A stretch of DNA of 60,331 nucleotides, filler included, from Sphacelaria rigidula (taxonomy: Eukaryota), in NCBI GenBank assembly GCA_964200075.2. It is 9 parts of 9 records of this genome, joined end to end, with 100 filler letters (N's around TTAATTAATTAA, not from the genome) between each part and the next. Parts side by side here need not be neighbours in the genome. Positions count along the whole stretch, not along the records: positions 1 to 6,615 come from CAXNAA020019047.1; positions 6,716 to 13,330 come from CAXNAA020019048.1; 7 more parts are not named here. One strand, written 5' to 3'. Under the pieces are notes generated by a model, which was given only the letters and a program-made list of their open reading frames with translations, did no database searches and was not told where the DNA came from. The translations under genes were made by a program, and so were the position numbers. Shown here in pieces: positions 1 to 11,938 of the stretch (the first letter of the stretch is position 1; every line of letters begins with the position of its first letter).

Positions 1-63
1 AGGGATGCGAGGTCAATGGTCTGATGACTATGGCAAGCATGATCATGAGTACACCCCCCCCCC
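1..63 (+). repeat. Structured poly(C)-bounded short repeat, subfamily A (5' part cut by window start)
   Basis: AGGGATGCGAGGTCAATGGTCTGATGACTATGGCAAGCATGATCATGAGTAC then a C-run; the same sequence recurs at 642-767, 5751-5872, 19545-19680, 20256-20325, 26683-26760. Confidence 0.85.
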
Positions 64-169
64 TGTTTATGTGTCGCACTTTAAACCCCTCCCCTTGCTC
101 GGGTCGAGTCCGTGGTCTCAAGGGATCAGCCCATATCTCCCAATCTTTCCCCGGTACACTCCTTGCCTT

Positions 170-385
170 TTGTCTCGTGGATTGGGTCAGCAATCTCGCA
201 CCGCGTCAATTTTCGTCGAAAAAACTCAGTCAACTACTTTTATTGTGTACTCACGTACTAACGCTTTCAACGATTGGAATCGGGTAAGTCAAAGAAAAAA
301 CTCAACGCGTCGGGATCCGAACCCTCGTTCTCCCCACCCTAATGGTGACAGTTGGATCATAGACAAATGGGGCTCGATGTACCTC
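170..385 (-). mobile_element. Degenerate tRNA-derived SINE
   Basis: Minus strand has a B-box-like GGTTCGGATCCC followed by a T-run; downstream body (GAAAATTGACGC...) resembles the SINE body at 39665-39730. Confidence 0.45.
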
Positions 386-641
386 ATCTGCAAGGTAAAT
401 AGAACCGTATCGGTATAGTGCGGGGCCCGCACAGTATGGTCATCCCTGACTGGCGATCGTAGATACAAGAGTCATGTCGTACGAACTACGATCGGGGAGA
501 TATGCCATCCCTTGCTCATGTTTCAAGTTTTTTTGTTGCGGTTTGTGGGAGAACGCGTGGTGATCAGAAGATCGGAGGTCCGTTCAGTCGAAAAGGTGAA
601 AATTGAAGACGGGAACAGGCATATACATCAGAGTCATGTAC

Positions 642-767
642 GCTAGGGAGGGGGGAGTTACTCGTGATCATGCATGCCGTAGTCATAAGACCATTGACCT
701 CGCATCCCTACAAAGCCGGGACGGAGCACGCCGGGTTTTCGCCGGACCAGGCGCTAGGGGGGGGAGG
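642..767 (-). repeat. Structured poly(C)-bounded short repeat, full-length subfamily A copy
   Basis: Reverse complement reads CTGGTCCGGCGAAAACCCGGCGTGCTCCGTCCCGGCTTTGTAGGGATGCGAGGTCAATGGTCTTATGACTACGGCATGCATGATCACGAGTA, flanked on both sides by C-run+CCTAGCG. Confidence 0.85.
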
Positions 768-1448
768 GTATCGGGCCGTTTTCTTCCACGAAATTAATAC
801 TTGAACCGTCGTTGAAAGCAGCAACAGTTGTTCGGACTCGCATGCTCCCGATAAATTACGCTCATTAACACTGCTTGATAGCACTTATACCCGAATACAA
901 GCGCACCACGATTGTGTTAGGTCGTTTGACGCACCTATGAGCCCATTTTTTCGTAAAATCAGACCTCCCCTTATCGTAGAATGACTCAGTGGGCGCTCCA
1001 ACGCGCGATCGTCTCTCACGCACCTCATATTCGTCGCTCGTCATGGCTATTCTTCTTTTCTTGCGGAGAGATCTGACTCTAGACACCGAAAGGTTCCACA
1101 CACCTCTAATAGTAAATGCATTGTCAGCGCTATATATTCGAGGGAATCTTGACAATAATCTAAGAAATAAGAACCAACACAATTCGGTCAACGATTGAAA
1201 CTACAGCAGCAGAAGCAGAAGCAGAAGCAAAATTTCCCACGGTGAACCCGCAAGTGCTGTGTGCATTAATACCGATTTTTACGGATGGATTTTGGCTCAA
1301 CCTACGTGTTGTGTGTTGTCATCCCACCTATCCCGGACGCCAGTTTTCATCTCTCGGTATTTGTTGGCGCATCAGCTGGGGTCACACAGGAAGGTTAACA
1401 GAGGATCCTTCAGTTTCTGTTTTGTTGTATAACAGTACTCTATACAAG

Positions 1449-1481
1449 CCGGTCGCCCCGATGGCTCGGTTGGTAGCCTCG
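1449..1481 (+). mobile_element. Truncated 5' head of tRNA-derived SINE (A-box only)
   Basis: GCCGGTCGCCCCGATGGCTCGGTTGGTAGCCTCG matches the head of the SINE at 3109-3198 (-), then stops abruptly. Confidence 0.55.
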
Positions 1482-2929
1482 TATGCATATCCCGAGCTAT
1501 AAACTAAGGCATTTCAGGTATGAACACAGGGGAAGTAAGGCATGCCTTAGCAGTTGCCTGAGGCCGACTATTTTGCCTGAGACGTGCCTTGAACGGTTTG
1601 CCTCAGACCCCCTTTCGGCATGCGTTATTGGTCAGGGCCTACGGGCGATCCTAGAGGCAGTTCTTCCCGAACCAGTTCGATCAGAACTCATCCTCCGCGA
1701 ACTGGTTGCCCGAGAACGGGCTCTGCTCAAACTCGTTCTCTCCGCGGTCTGGTTATCATGCTTACTTACCTCAAGCTCGCAATGCGCGATCAGATCGCCC
1801 GGCTGTCGATCCCAGTAGCCCCATGCGAGGGTCATGGATGCTGACCATAGTGCTCCGCTTAGTCCCTGGACGTGCAGCAAGGAAACATATACGAGACGAT
1901 TTTTCGCTTTTGTTCCTGTCGCGCAAGATGCCCTTAGGACGTCTCACCGACGACGCCGCGCGATAAGACGCAAAGAAAAAAACAAGGCATGTTCTCGTGC
2001 AGGGGAAGCTCTTACATGACAATCTTAAAAGTGGAACGGCGACGAGATATAAAGTACTGTATTTTGTCACCATTTTCGAACCAAGCACAAGTCTCACATG
2101 GCCGTATGTGAACCGGAGGGCTAAGATTTCATGTGACCATCTTTGCAATATTTTTCCCACCCCATTTTTTTTCCGTACTATTTTTTTTTTCGTTTTTTTT
2201 CGTATCGCGTCTGTGTGAAGTTTTCAGACTCCAATTTTCTTTCTGATTTTTGCTCCCCCTGTTTGGGGATAGTTTGCCTGTGAACACGGAATGCGTTCAC
2301 ATTAGATTCCCAGTACAGAGTACTGAGCAGATATCGGAACGGTTTTGTATGTGAAGACAATAACAACAACAACAAGAACGAAAATCTTTAGACCGCGTAC
2401 AGGTCACACATGGTGATGTGTGGAGCGGGCGAAAGTTTGACATGATCATCCTTGAACTGGGCGGTAAGACGCATCACATGCCCATTTTCAAAGCGTTTCA
2501 CGAACGACGATTGCCACGGGGAAAATGACATGTGGGAAATTCTGGACATGTGAACAACTGCCGATCACGCGGACATTCGGTTTAAATTTCATACATGAAG
2601 TATATATTTTCGCCATTCGAGGCAATCGCATGTACCACACATGCTATGGGAGAATGCACGCAGTTGATGATCCGGTTACCGCGTGAGTGAAATATTTGAA
2701 GACCACGCGAGGAAAAGAAAGCTCGTTGTTGTGCACGAGTAGAACCACGCGTGTCGCGTACGTGCTTTACCTGCTGATGAGAACATACACTCTACCTCGC
2801 CTTCTACTTTTAGTGTGTTGTGCGTTGGCCATCCTCTCTAGTCTGGACGCCAGTCTGCACCTTTCAGTATAATATGTGGGCTCATCACTCGGGGTCACGG
2901 AAGAGGAAGACCAACACAGGAGATTTGTC

Positions 2930-3198
2930 TTTTTTTCTTTTTCTTTTCGTGCTCCGCCTTTCTTCTCCGGCGCTCACCATTCATTTTTATCGCGAGAGGG
3001 GTTCAGAGGTTCCTTTCCCTCGTTGATCGTGAAGTTGAATTTTGTGTACCCACGACATGGTCGCTCTCCAAGGTTGGGCATAATAATGTGAGAAAAAAAA
3101 TCATATCGTGTGGCTGCACACGGAGATTCGAATCCGCGACCCAAACGTCAGAAGGGATCGAGGTTACCAACTGAGCCACCGGGTCGACCGGCTCACCA
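2930..3198 (-). mobile_element. tRNA(Arg-like)-derived SINE
   Basis: Minus-strand head has A-box TGGCTCAGTTGG, anticodon-like loop CTTCTGA and B-box GGATTCGAATC. The body (GGAGAGCGACCATGTCGTGGGTACACAAAATTC...GAGGGAAAGG) is shared with 39379-39765. Confidence 0.75.
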
Positions 3199-4856
3199 CG
3201 AAAATATTTTCAGCTGAAGCTACTGTACTATACAAACATGGTCAAGTTTCCGCCTTCCGACAGTTGGGCTCGGACGCAGGTGTTCGAAAGACGAAGACAA
3301 AGCACTGCTAGCGTTATGTCTACCATCTACAACTAACTAGTCACTGTTCCCCAGTATTGACTTGTTGGCTACTTCCTTCGTGGACCCCTCTTTGTCGGAC
3401 ATGTTCCAGCTGTATCGAGGGAATAGATGATGCTGTCTTGTTGTGCCTGGGGCGGTAGGGTAACGTGCGTGGGTGGGCATGCTCTCAAATTCGACCCAAA
3501 ACACACGGGGTGACTTCCATGCACAATTGCTGCTCCGACGGCCACCGTCGGAGCAACATTTTACCGAGAGTGGTGTGCGGTACGTTCGGTCATTTGAAGG
3601 GAGTGAGGTTCCCAGCCCGCTCAGTTCAAGACATCGGCATTTCGGGTGCTTGGTCAGACGGAGTGAACGCTGTGGCTTCAGAACTGCCATGCTGCGACTG
3701 TGACTAACTTGATTTTATACTTTATAACTCCAGCGCCACGGATCGTTTTTTTCAAGGACGTTCGTGACAAGCAGGGCACAGGCGCTTTGAAAAAGCACCT
3801 TGACTCGCAAATACTGACTCGAAGCACGGAGTGATTTTGTGGAGCATGAGAGAGTGCTCTTTGGGTGTTGGTGTTGCGCAGATATTTCACTGTACTTAAA
3901 GATCGAAATAACGTATCTCACCCGATCCGCACGATCTGGGCCCGCATAGGAGTGGATCTGTAGGGTGCAAGCCCAGTCTCACCTCAATTTCGAGGGTTGA
4001 ACTTTCAAATTTGGTATGCGGCATACGAAACAAGTGAGCTTGGGTCACTGAGAATGTATTTGTCCATGCGTTGAGGGCAAAAACAACACCGAGTTTTCAC
4101 TAGAATGTCTTCAAGTAATGGAAAAAGAAAACTCTCAATGACCCCAGGTTACTGTTTTTTTTATGCCCTCATGATTCTCAACTACATTTGAAAACACGAC
4201 TCTCAAAGTTGAGGTGAGAATGGGCGATTCAGAGCCTGATGGGCCGGTCGAGATTCGGAACAGCAGTTTGCACGCTTTTCACCAGTGCGGGCTACGGTAC
4301 GTGTAATGTTGTGTGGAAAATCGATAGGACATAATTTAAAATATTGAAATATCGTACAGTGACTTTGCCATGATGAGGTCAGGGCGTTTGGATGTAATTA
4401 ATAAGACGAAATGAAAGCCCACCATTTCTATAGTTATCAGTACTTCCTTGCGGTTCTCCATACTCATTTTTATTTCACGTTTATTACCAAAGCCTGAGCT
4501 GAGAAGCTGGGTAAAGCGCCAACAACAACGCCCATCTTTCACAAAAACGTCCCTAACTCATGAACAATAAATGCCAAGACCCTGAAAGTTCTCTGTTTGA
4601 TTTACCCTTGTGATACTCCGTACCAATTTACAAGTACAACTCTCAAAGCTGAGAAACGAAACTCAGTCTTCGTTCATTCTAGTTTCCCTGTTCATAATAT
4701 ATTGAATTTACTATAACCCAAAATACCCCTGCCCCCGATCGTAGCATGGCTCAAATATGGACATGTGAAACAGGCGTGTGTAACATGGTCATGTCAAAAG
4801 ACCTGGGTACAGTAGCTACGTCGAGGATGACGCAGGGGGGAACCTAAGTGATCTCG

Positions 4857-5091
4857 GAGCAATGCTACGGTAGGAGTGCACGTTTTGCGCAAAATCTTGT
4901 CTGGTTCGGGGGTTCCAAACGATTCTAGATGTACAAGAATATGGGTGAGAGCATATCCCCGTTTGCAAATATATTCGGGTAGTCCTGGCGTACTCTCATA
5001 TGGTTAATAAGTCGTGTTTTGCATGAGATAAAGGGCTCCCAAGAATTCCAACCTCTGAAAAAAATGGTACGCCCCTACCGTAGCATTACTC
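4857..5091. mobile_element. MITE, Sola2-like (GAG..CTC termini, 4-bp TSD)
   Basis: TIR GAGCAATGCTACGGTAGG / CCTACCGTAGCATTACTC; TSD CTCG at 4853-4856 and 5092-5095. Confidence 0.8.
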
Positions 5092-5306
5092 CTCGCCCGT
5101 TCACCGGATGACCATCTTCGAGCAGGACGGCAAAACGTGAAGATCTCGTGAGACATGGTTGCACTGCGCGCACGTCTCAGGTTATGATCATCTTCGAACC
5201 AGACGGCAACATGTAAAACCTCACGCATCATGCATCGCTGCCCAAGGCAACACTGTTACATGACAATTGCCGAAGGGGATCAGGAGCATGGCTACGTAAA
5301 ACAGAC

Positions 5307-5561
5307 GAGGGATGCTACGGTAGGGGTGCACAAATAGATTCTGAGATTTGAACTGTTCGGAGCCTTTTATCTAATCCAGAACACCACTTATGAAATATGT
5401 GAGGGTACGCCATGATTACTACTCCAATGTGCTAGGGATGTCCCAAATGAATTTGCAAACGGGGTGCCCTGACCCATGTTCTTGTGCATCTAGAATCCTT
5501 AGGAGCTCCTGAACCAGACAAGATTTCGAGCAAAAAGTGCACCCCTACCGTAGCATTGCTC
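5307..5561. mobile_element. MITE, same Sola2-like family
   Basis: TIR GAGGGATGCTACGGTAGGGGTGCAC / GTGCACCCCTACCGTAGCATTGCTC; flanks AGAC/ACAC (one mismatch). Confidence 0.75.
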
Positions 5562-5750
5562 ACACATGTAATGCCAGGCATGTGAAACGCCATGCTAAAC
5601 CTGTCGCGAGTGGCGCAAGCAGGAGTTTATCTGATCAGAAGCAGCCAGTTGCCATATTCGCCGCAACAACGCCCTTGTTTGGAGGATGGCCTGATATGTG
5701 TGACAACTAATATATTGCATCCAAGAGGACCGATGAAATTTCCTCCAGGA

Positions 5751-5905
5751 GCCCCCCCCCCCCCCCTGGTCCGGCGAAAACCCGGCGTGCTCCGTCCCTA
5801 CTCTTTTTGTAGGGATGCGACATAAACGGTCATATGACTACGGGACACAACATCATGAGTACCCCCCCCCCCGCAAGGATGCGTCGTCAATGGTCAAACG
5901 ACCCC
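5751..5905 (+). repeat. Structured poly(C)-bounded repeat (subfamily A) followed by a partial subfamily-B copy
   Basis: C-run, CTGGTCCGGCGAAAACCCGGCGTGCTCCGTCCCTAC...GTAGGGATG...CATGAGTAC, C-run, then GGATGCGTCGTCAATGGTCAAACGAC. Confidence 0.8.
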
Positions 5906-6527
5906 CAGGGCCCGCTTTTTCGGGCAAAACGGGGATTTCTCACAGTTGGTTATTTTGTTATTCTAGCTCGAAGACGGATTTTCACAGTTGCTTACAGTCA
6001 GAAACATGATTCCTGGTAGGCCATACAGTACCCAGGCACCAAAATCCTTGTACATAAATATTCGAGGGTTGGGGGGTATACGTAACTCCCACAAATGTTT
6101 CCAAACTATAACAAGGGATTCCTCCAACGTCGTGCAATGCCCGAGCATGATGTTTCCCTTATTATGAATAAAAAGCCGTTTTGACTGCGATATACATAGT
6201 GAATATTAATTCAGCGGCATGCGTGCCCCTCCACCCATACAAGCTCAGGTTGCCGCAATCATGAGAGCCAGGGCACGGAGTGCGATCGAGGTTTTTTTAT
6301 CAGTTCGTTGATGTTTTTTCGCACCCCGGTGTGATGACTCCGATAGGTGCGTTGACTCGGAGGTTACTTCACCGCTTGGTAGGCGTAGAATTTTCTCTTA
6401 AAATCATTATTTCGAATAATTTCGGAGGCATACCAAGAACCCTTGGGCAAGGGCGGTATAAAAGTGTATATACCGCAGGAGTGGTAGTTTTACACCATGA
6501 TGTGAGAGGACGGTATACCGTTGCAGC

Positions 6528-6615
6528 TTAACCCTAAGACCGCGAGGTTAGTCTTCTGTTGAATCGGCATCAACTTCAAGTGAAAAAAGTATGCATGATC
6601 CAGAAAGACTAATCT
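6528..6615 (+). mobile_element. piggyBac-like non-autonomous element end, cut by contig end
   Basis: TTAA|CCCTAAGACCGCGAGG; homologous to the end at 24025-24110 (...CCTCGCGGCCAAAGGG|TTAA). Confidence 0.55.
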
Positions 6616-6715
6616 NNNNNNNNNNNNNNNNNNNNNNNNNNNNNNNNNNNNNNNNNNNNTTAATTAATTAANNNNNNNNNNNNNNNNNNNNNNNNNNNNN
6701 NNNNNNNNNNNNNNN
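6616..6715. other. Artificial contig linker (N44-TTAATTAATTAA-N44)
   Basis: Identical 100-bp spacers also at 13331-13430, 20046-20145, 26761-26860, 33476-33575, 40190-40289, 46904-47003, 53618-53717. Confidence 0.98.
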
Positions 6716-7042
6716 TTCAAGCCTAAAACAGTGCTTTCCCCACACTTTCAGCGATGGTGCCCAATGACGTTTTTGTCGGCCTATTGCCCCTTGATCGCGT
6801 GGACACTTCTTCAGCTCGATTCGCCGACTCCGTGAGTCTACAGCTCTGAGCGAAACCGTAATTTTCCCTGATATCACCCCCCTCAAAAAGGGGGGAAATG
6901 ACGGTCAGCGCTGTAAGCTCGCAGAGTCGGTGAATTGCGCTGAAGAAGTATCTACGCGATCGAGGGGAAAAAGGCCGACAAAAACGTCATTGGGCACCAT
7001 CGCTGAAAGTGTGGGGGAAGCACTGTTTTGGGCTTGAACCTC
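6716..7042. mobile_element. Foldback MITE with ~130-bp TIRs at the 5' end of the copia gag region
   Basis: TTCAAGCCTAAAACAGTGCTTTCCCCACACTTTCAGCGATGGTGCCCAATGACG... is inverted at ...CGTCATTGGGCACCATCGCTGAAAGTGTGGGGGAAGCACTGTTTTGGGCTTGAA. Confidence 0.85.
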
Positions 7043-7082
7043 ATCTCGAAGTTAAACCTCAATTCGCACAATTTGTTGTTCC

Positions 7083-10000
7083 GTGGAAATTTATGATGAC
7101 GTGGATGAAGTTCAAGATGTTAAACCAAGTACGATTCCACGACTCACGTCAAGATCAACTCAACTTCACACCCGCTCCAAAGGACTTCCACTACGTTCAT
7201 CTGAAGGGGAAGCGGATACAAGTGTACAAGATCAGGATCCTGCTGTTGGAGAGGCGGATCATTTCGGCGGTGAAGCGGATCCTACCGTTGGTGAGGAGGA
7301 TCCTGCTGATGACGTAGAGGATACCTCCCGTCACCTTACTCATGTAAGAAATGTGGTAAATGTTGAAAAAATCGAAAACTGGGACCGCTGTAACGAACAG
7401 TTGTTTAATATTTTATATTTGACAACTACAGGCCCAGCTAGTAGCTACCTCCTCCGGTACGGGCCGAAGGGTCTGCAAAACCCTAACGGCAAAATCGCAT
7501 GGGAAGCTCTGGTAGCGAAGAACGAGAATTCTTCCAAGCAGAGGCGGCGCATACTGATCCGCCAGCTAGATAACACCAAAATGTCTCCTGGACAAGACCC
7601 AGACGAGTTTTTGATCAAAATTATTAAACTTCGTGATCAGCTTGTCTACATGGGTGAACCTATCTCCGATGAAAGACTGACGGACATTGTGGTTGAGGGT
7701 CTGACTGATGATTACGACCGCATCAAATATGATGCTGAGCGTGACCTCTGATATTGAAGTCACGCTGCGGAACATATATGCAAATCGACTTGCACGCGGA
7801 ATTTTGGGAAACAAGGGGTTACGTGATCGTGAATCAGCCATGGTCGCGGCTTTGCCGTCTGACTCATCATTGACATCATCAAAGTTTACGGGAAAATGTC
7901 ACTCGTGTTGAAAATTAGGCCACCATATCAGAGACTGCCGATCCAGACAACAACCAAACAGCAGGAACAGATCGGTTAAGTGGTGCAGCCTTCATCGTAC
8001 TGATAAACATGACAATACCGAGTGCAAGAGCCGAATGAACAATGGAAATACGGCAAGGAGTCACAGCCATCATGGTAGAAACAGCGATCGTCGTCGACAA
8101 AACACCCGCCACAACAACAGCCGCAGCAGTAGCTCCAACAACCACTCTGGCTTCAGTGCGACCAACATCACCAATCAACAGAACCAGGCAAATGCTGTCA
8201 CCGTGAACCCTACGACAACCGACACGTCGACAGCTGTATCCTACAATCATCAGGCTCAAGAATTCAGCGGTAAATCAGCTTCGACGGTGACTGACGCGTG
8301 CCCATCACCAGGTGCTTTGGGCTTTTCGTTTCTTGCTGGTCCTGATCGTAAGGATAGTATTAAGGAGCCTGTGTCTATATCATTTAAGATGGCGTGTGTT
8401 CAGGCGAAACATTTCACTACCTGGACAACGAGCTCCTACCAGAACTCGAACACTATATGACCAGCCACGTTAAGTTGGATCCCCCAATGCAGATCCTCAC
8501 TGCTGGAGGTCATCAAATTTGCGGAACTGGGAAAGGAGTGCTCCTGTCCATAGTGAAAGATCAGCAGGGAAATGAGCATACCGTCCGGCTCCCAGCCATC
8601 GTCGTTCCGGGGTTGGGAAAGCATATATTTTCTCCTGTTTACGAATTACGAACAAAGGGGATCGGAACAACTTTTGGTGTCAATTCCTACTCTGTTGATC
8701 TTGGACAGTTTAGAGTACCACTTCGCCCTGATGACAACAGCTTGCTCCACTACATCGACATGAAGATCATCCGGAATTACAAACCCGTCGACTCAAGAAC
8801 CGGGTCAGTACCAGCGGCTGAGGTGGTGTCCGGAGAACATATGAGCATGGGGACAGCTTTAACTTCTATGACGGTTGCGGGAAACGCTTCAGCTTTTTCT
8901 ACCACTGTGACTGCAGGAGTTTGGCATCGGAGGCTGAGTCATCCCGCGGAGCCAGCGATGTGTCGGGTTATAAATATTCCCGAAACAGGTGTGAAATTTA
9001 CGGCGTCACTTTCCTTTTGTGACACCTGCATGACAAATACAAGCACCCAGAAGAATCATCCAAAACCTTCGACTCTTCGTCAGTGACAGAACGTCTGCAA
9101 CTGGTAACTACCGACCTCTCGGGTCCATTCTCACCGACTGTATCAGGTGGTTACAAGTACATGGCGAAGTTCACCGACCACTACAGTCGACTAAAAGTTG
9201 TATACTTCTTCAAGGCAAAAAGTGAGGCGCTCTCTACGTTTGTCCAGTACATCGAAGACGTGGCGATTCCCTTAGGACTTAGGGTACACCGCCTACGGTC
9301 AGATCGTGGGGGTGAATACATTGCAGACTACTTTCGTCGGTATTGCAAGACGACAGGTATCCTTCAGGAATTCAGTTCCCCACATTCACCTCAGCAAAAC
9401 GGCATGAGTGAGAGGGATGGGGGAACAATTTAGAATATTACTCGTTGCCTTCTGAACGAGGCAGGATTACCCAAATTTCTTTGGGGGGAAATAGCTGCCA
9501 CTTCCGTATTTTTGATGAATCGTTTACCACATCGGAGCATCAACGGAGAAACTCCGTACTACAGGATGTTTGGTAAACAGGCGAATCTAGCATTTCTACG
9601 CATCATAGGATCACGGGCGTCCGTGCACAAGGAGGGGCACATTAACAAGCTGGAGGATAAAGCTTGGGAAGGCGTTCTGATTAGATATGATGATGATAGT
9701 CCTACGTATCGGATTTACGATAGGTATTCCGGAAAAATCTACAGTTCCAGAAATGTTATCTTTATCGAACAAGCAGACGGGGCAACAAACCTGCGGACGG
9801 ACTCAACTCCAACTGCTTCGGGGGAAAATATTAACATGCAACACCTTCATCACGATCAACAAGTCGAAGACTAACTTCATCATGATCAAGACTACCTGCA
9901 ACAAGACAACATGGATTTCAACAACAACGTCTTTGATGGCATTTCACAGCTGGACCGCGGCGACAGCTCAACCACATCTACTCATCCTATGCGACTCCGC

Positions 10001-11745
10001 TCCGCCGGCACTGCGGCCAGCACTACTTCATCTCCTACCAACCAAGGTCAATCCCGAGAACTCCAAAAACTAGCTTTGGTGATCGAAGCTCCGCGGAATT
10101 CATCCATGGCATTGGAACCAGTTTCAAACTATATTGGGACAGTCGGGATCGACAGTGTTGTGCCCCCTGCATCCATCTCCGTCCCGAATAATTATAAACG
10201 GGCCTCTTCCTCACCATATGCCTCAAAGTGGAAAGCAGCCATGCTCGATGAGCTCCGCAGTATCAAAGACCATCGCGTGGCTGACATAATAATAATCAGC
10301 TGGAGCAGTCCCACCAAACAACAACATAATTGGCACGCGATGGGTATATAAAGTCAAGGCGGATGGACGCTTCAAGGCAAGACTCGTTGTTCAAGGCTGG
10401 GCACAACGACACGGCTGCGATTGCGGCAGCACTTTTGCACCGGTCTGCCGACTCGAACGTCAGCGAATTCTTCTCGCGATTGCCACTGCAAAAAACTGGC
10501 CAGTAAGTGCGCTTGATGTCCAGACAGCCTTTCTAAATGAAAACTGAAGGAAACAGTATTTTGCAAACAACCACCGGGCTTCGAGACTACGGACCCTGCT
10601 ACCGGACAACCTCATGTAATGCGCCTGTCTAGAGCGATTTATGGTCTCAGGCAATCTCCTAACGTCTGGAACTTCACCATCGACTCCGAATTGAGGAAAC
10701 TGGGATTTACTGCGACAGCGAGCGACCCTTGCGTCCACACGAGAGAACAAAATGACAAGTATGTCATGCTCACGTTATCCGTCGATGACATTCTCCTAAC
10801 CGGACCCTTTATCAAGCTTCTACAAGAATTTCAAGACACGCTCAACAATAAATTTGCTATTTCGGATCCGGGACCCGTTTCCCTCATCCTGGGTATGGAA
10901 GTCTCGAGGGATACAGAGCGTGGAACGTTGAAACTGTCACAGCATAACTACGTCATCTCCTTACTTCAAAAGTTCAATATGGAATCCTGCAACTCGGTAC
11001 ACACGCCTGGGGTCACCAATAATATCTTACCAGACTCGGAGGAACATCTCCTAGATCAGCAAGGTATAAAGAAGTACCAAGCTATGGTGGGTAGTTTGAT
11101 TTTCCTGCCTCAGTGTACGAGATTCGACATCGCCTTCAGCGTTACCCAGGTTTCCCGCTACATTAGTAAGCCTACGACACAGCATTTAGCGGCTGTGAAA
11201 CGCATTTTCCGCTATCTATAAGGAACTCCGGACCTGCCCATCGTCTACCGCTCTTCCGGCAACAATTTGGATCAGCGAGGCTTTTGCGATAGCTCCTACG
11301 GCAACAGTGGCATCGGAGGAAAAATGAAATCTTCAACTGGAACCATGTTTTTCTATCTAACGGAATAGTGCATTTTTCTTCAAGCCTACAACGGATAACA
11401 GCTACTTCTACTACAGAGGCCGAACTCATAGCCCTGGCGAGAGGAGGAAAGTTCGGTACCTACCTGTTTAATCTTCTGCGAGAGCTCGGGTGGTCGTCTA
11501 TTCGGCCTCCAATCACCTTCTCCGATTACCAGGGAGCTCTCCATTTTTCTTCAAATGCGAACTACCGAAACGGAAGTAAACATCTCGCGATTTGTTTTTT
11601 CAGCTTGAAGGACCTCATCACCAACGGCAAGATTACCATTAACTACATCAGAACTACCGCGCAACTGGCTGATGTACTCACCAAACATTGCAAGAGGACA
11701 ACCCATCACCGACTTCTGGACGCAGTCATGAGTTTTGGAAAGTAA
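7083..11745 (+). pseudogene. copia gag-pol polyprotein with several stops and frameshifts
   Basis: gag (AWEALVAK...QDPDEF); zinc knuckle CHSC*KLGHHIRDC; pre-integrase WHRRLSH...CDTC; integrase TDLSGP/LRSDRGGEY/PQQNGMSER; RT FKARLV/LDVQTAFLN/IYGLRQSP/SVDD; RNase H STTEAE/KHLAI/QLADVLTK. Confidence 0.95.
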
Positions 11746-11938
11746 TACGTACTTACGGAAGCGACTGCTGTACGTCATCGTCAAAAGTGACGTATCAACT
11801 TACATACGTCCTTTTCGTCAAGGAGCCAAAGCCGGGCGACCCATCGCCCCCACCACATCACAACTCGCCATCCACCTTCCGACAATACATCACTTCATCC
11901 CCATCTACAAACCGACCCTTCACAAACCACTACCAAGC

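Noticed and set aside
20..30. CTGATGA hammerhead core in the poly(C) repeat
   Set aside because: Not conserved in the other copies (CTTATGA, CATATGA, CAAACGA) and no matching GAAA
3109..3198. Functional tRNA gene
   Set aside because: Acceptor and anticodon stems pair poorly, and it continues into a body shared with other copies, so it is a SINE head
6660..6671. TTAATTAATTAA as a regulatory or recombination site
   Set aside because: Assembly spacer giving stop codons in all six frames
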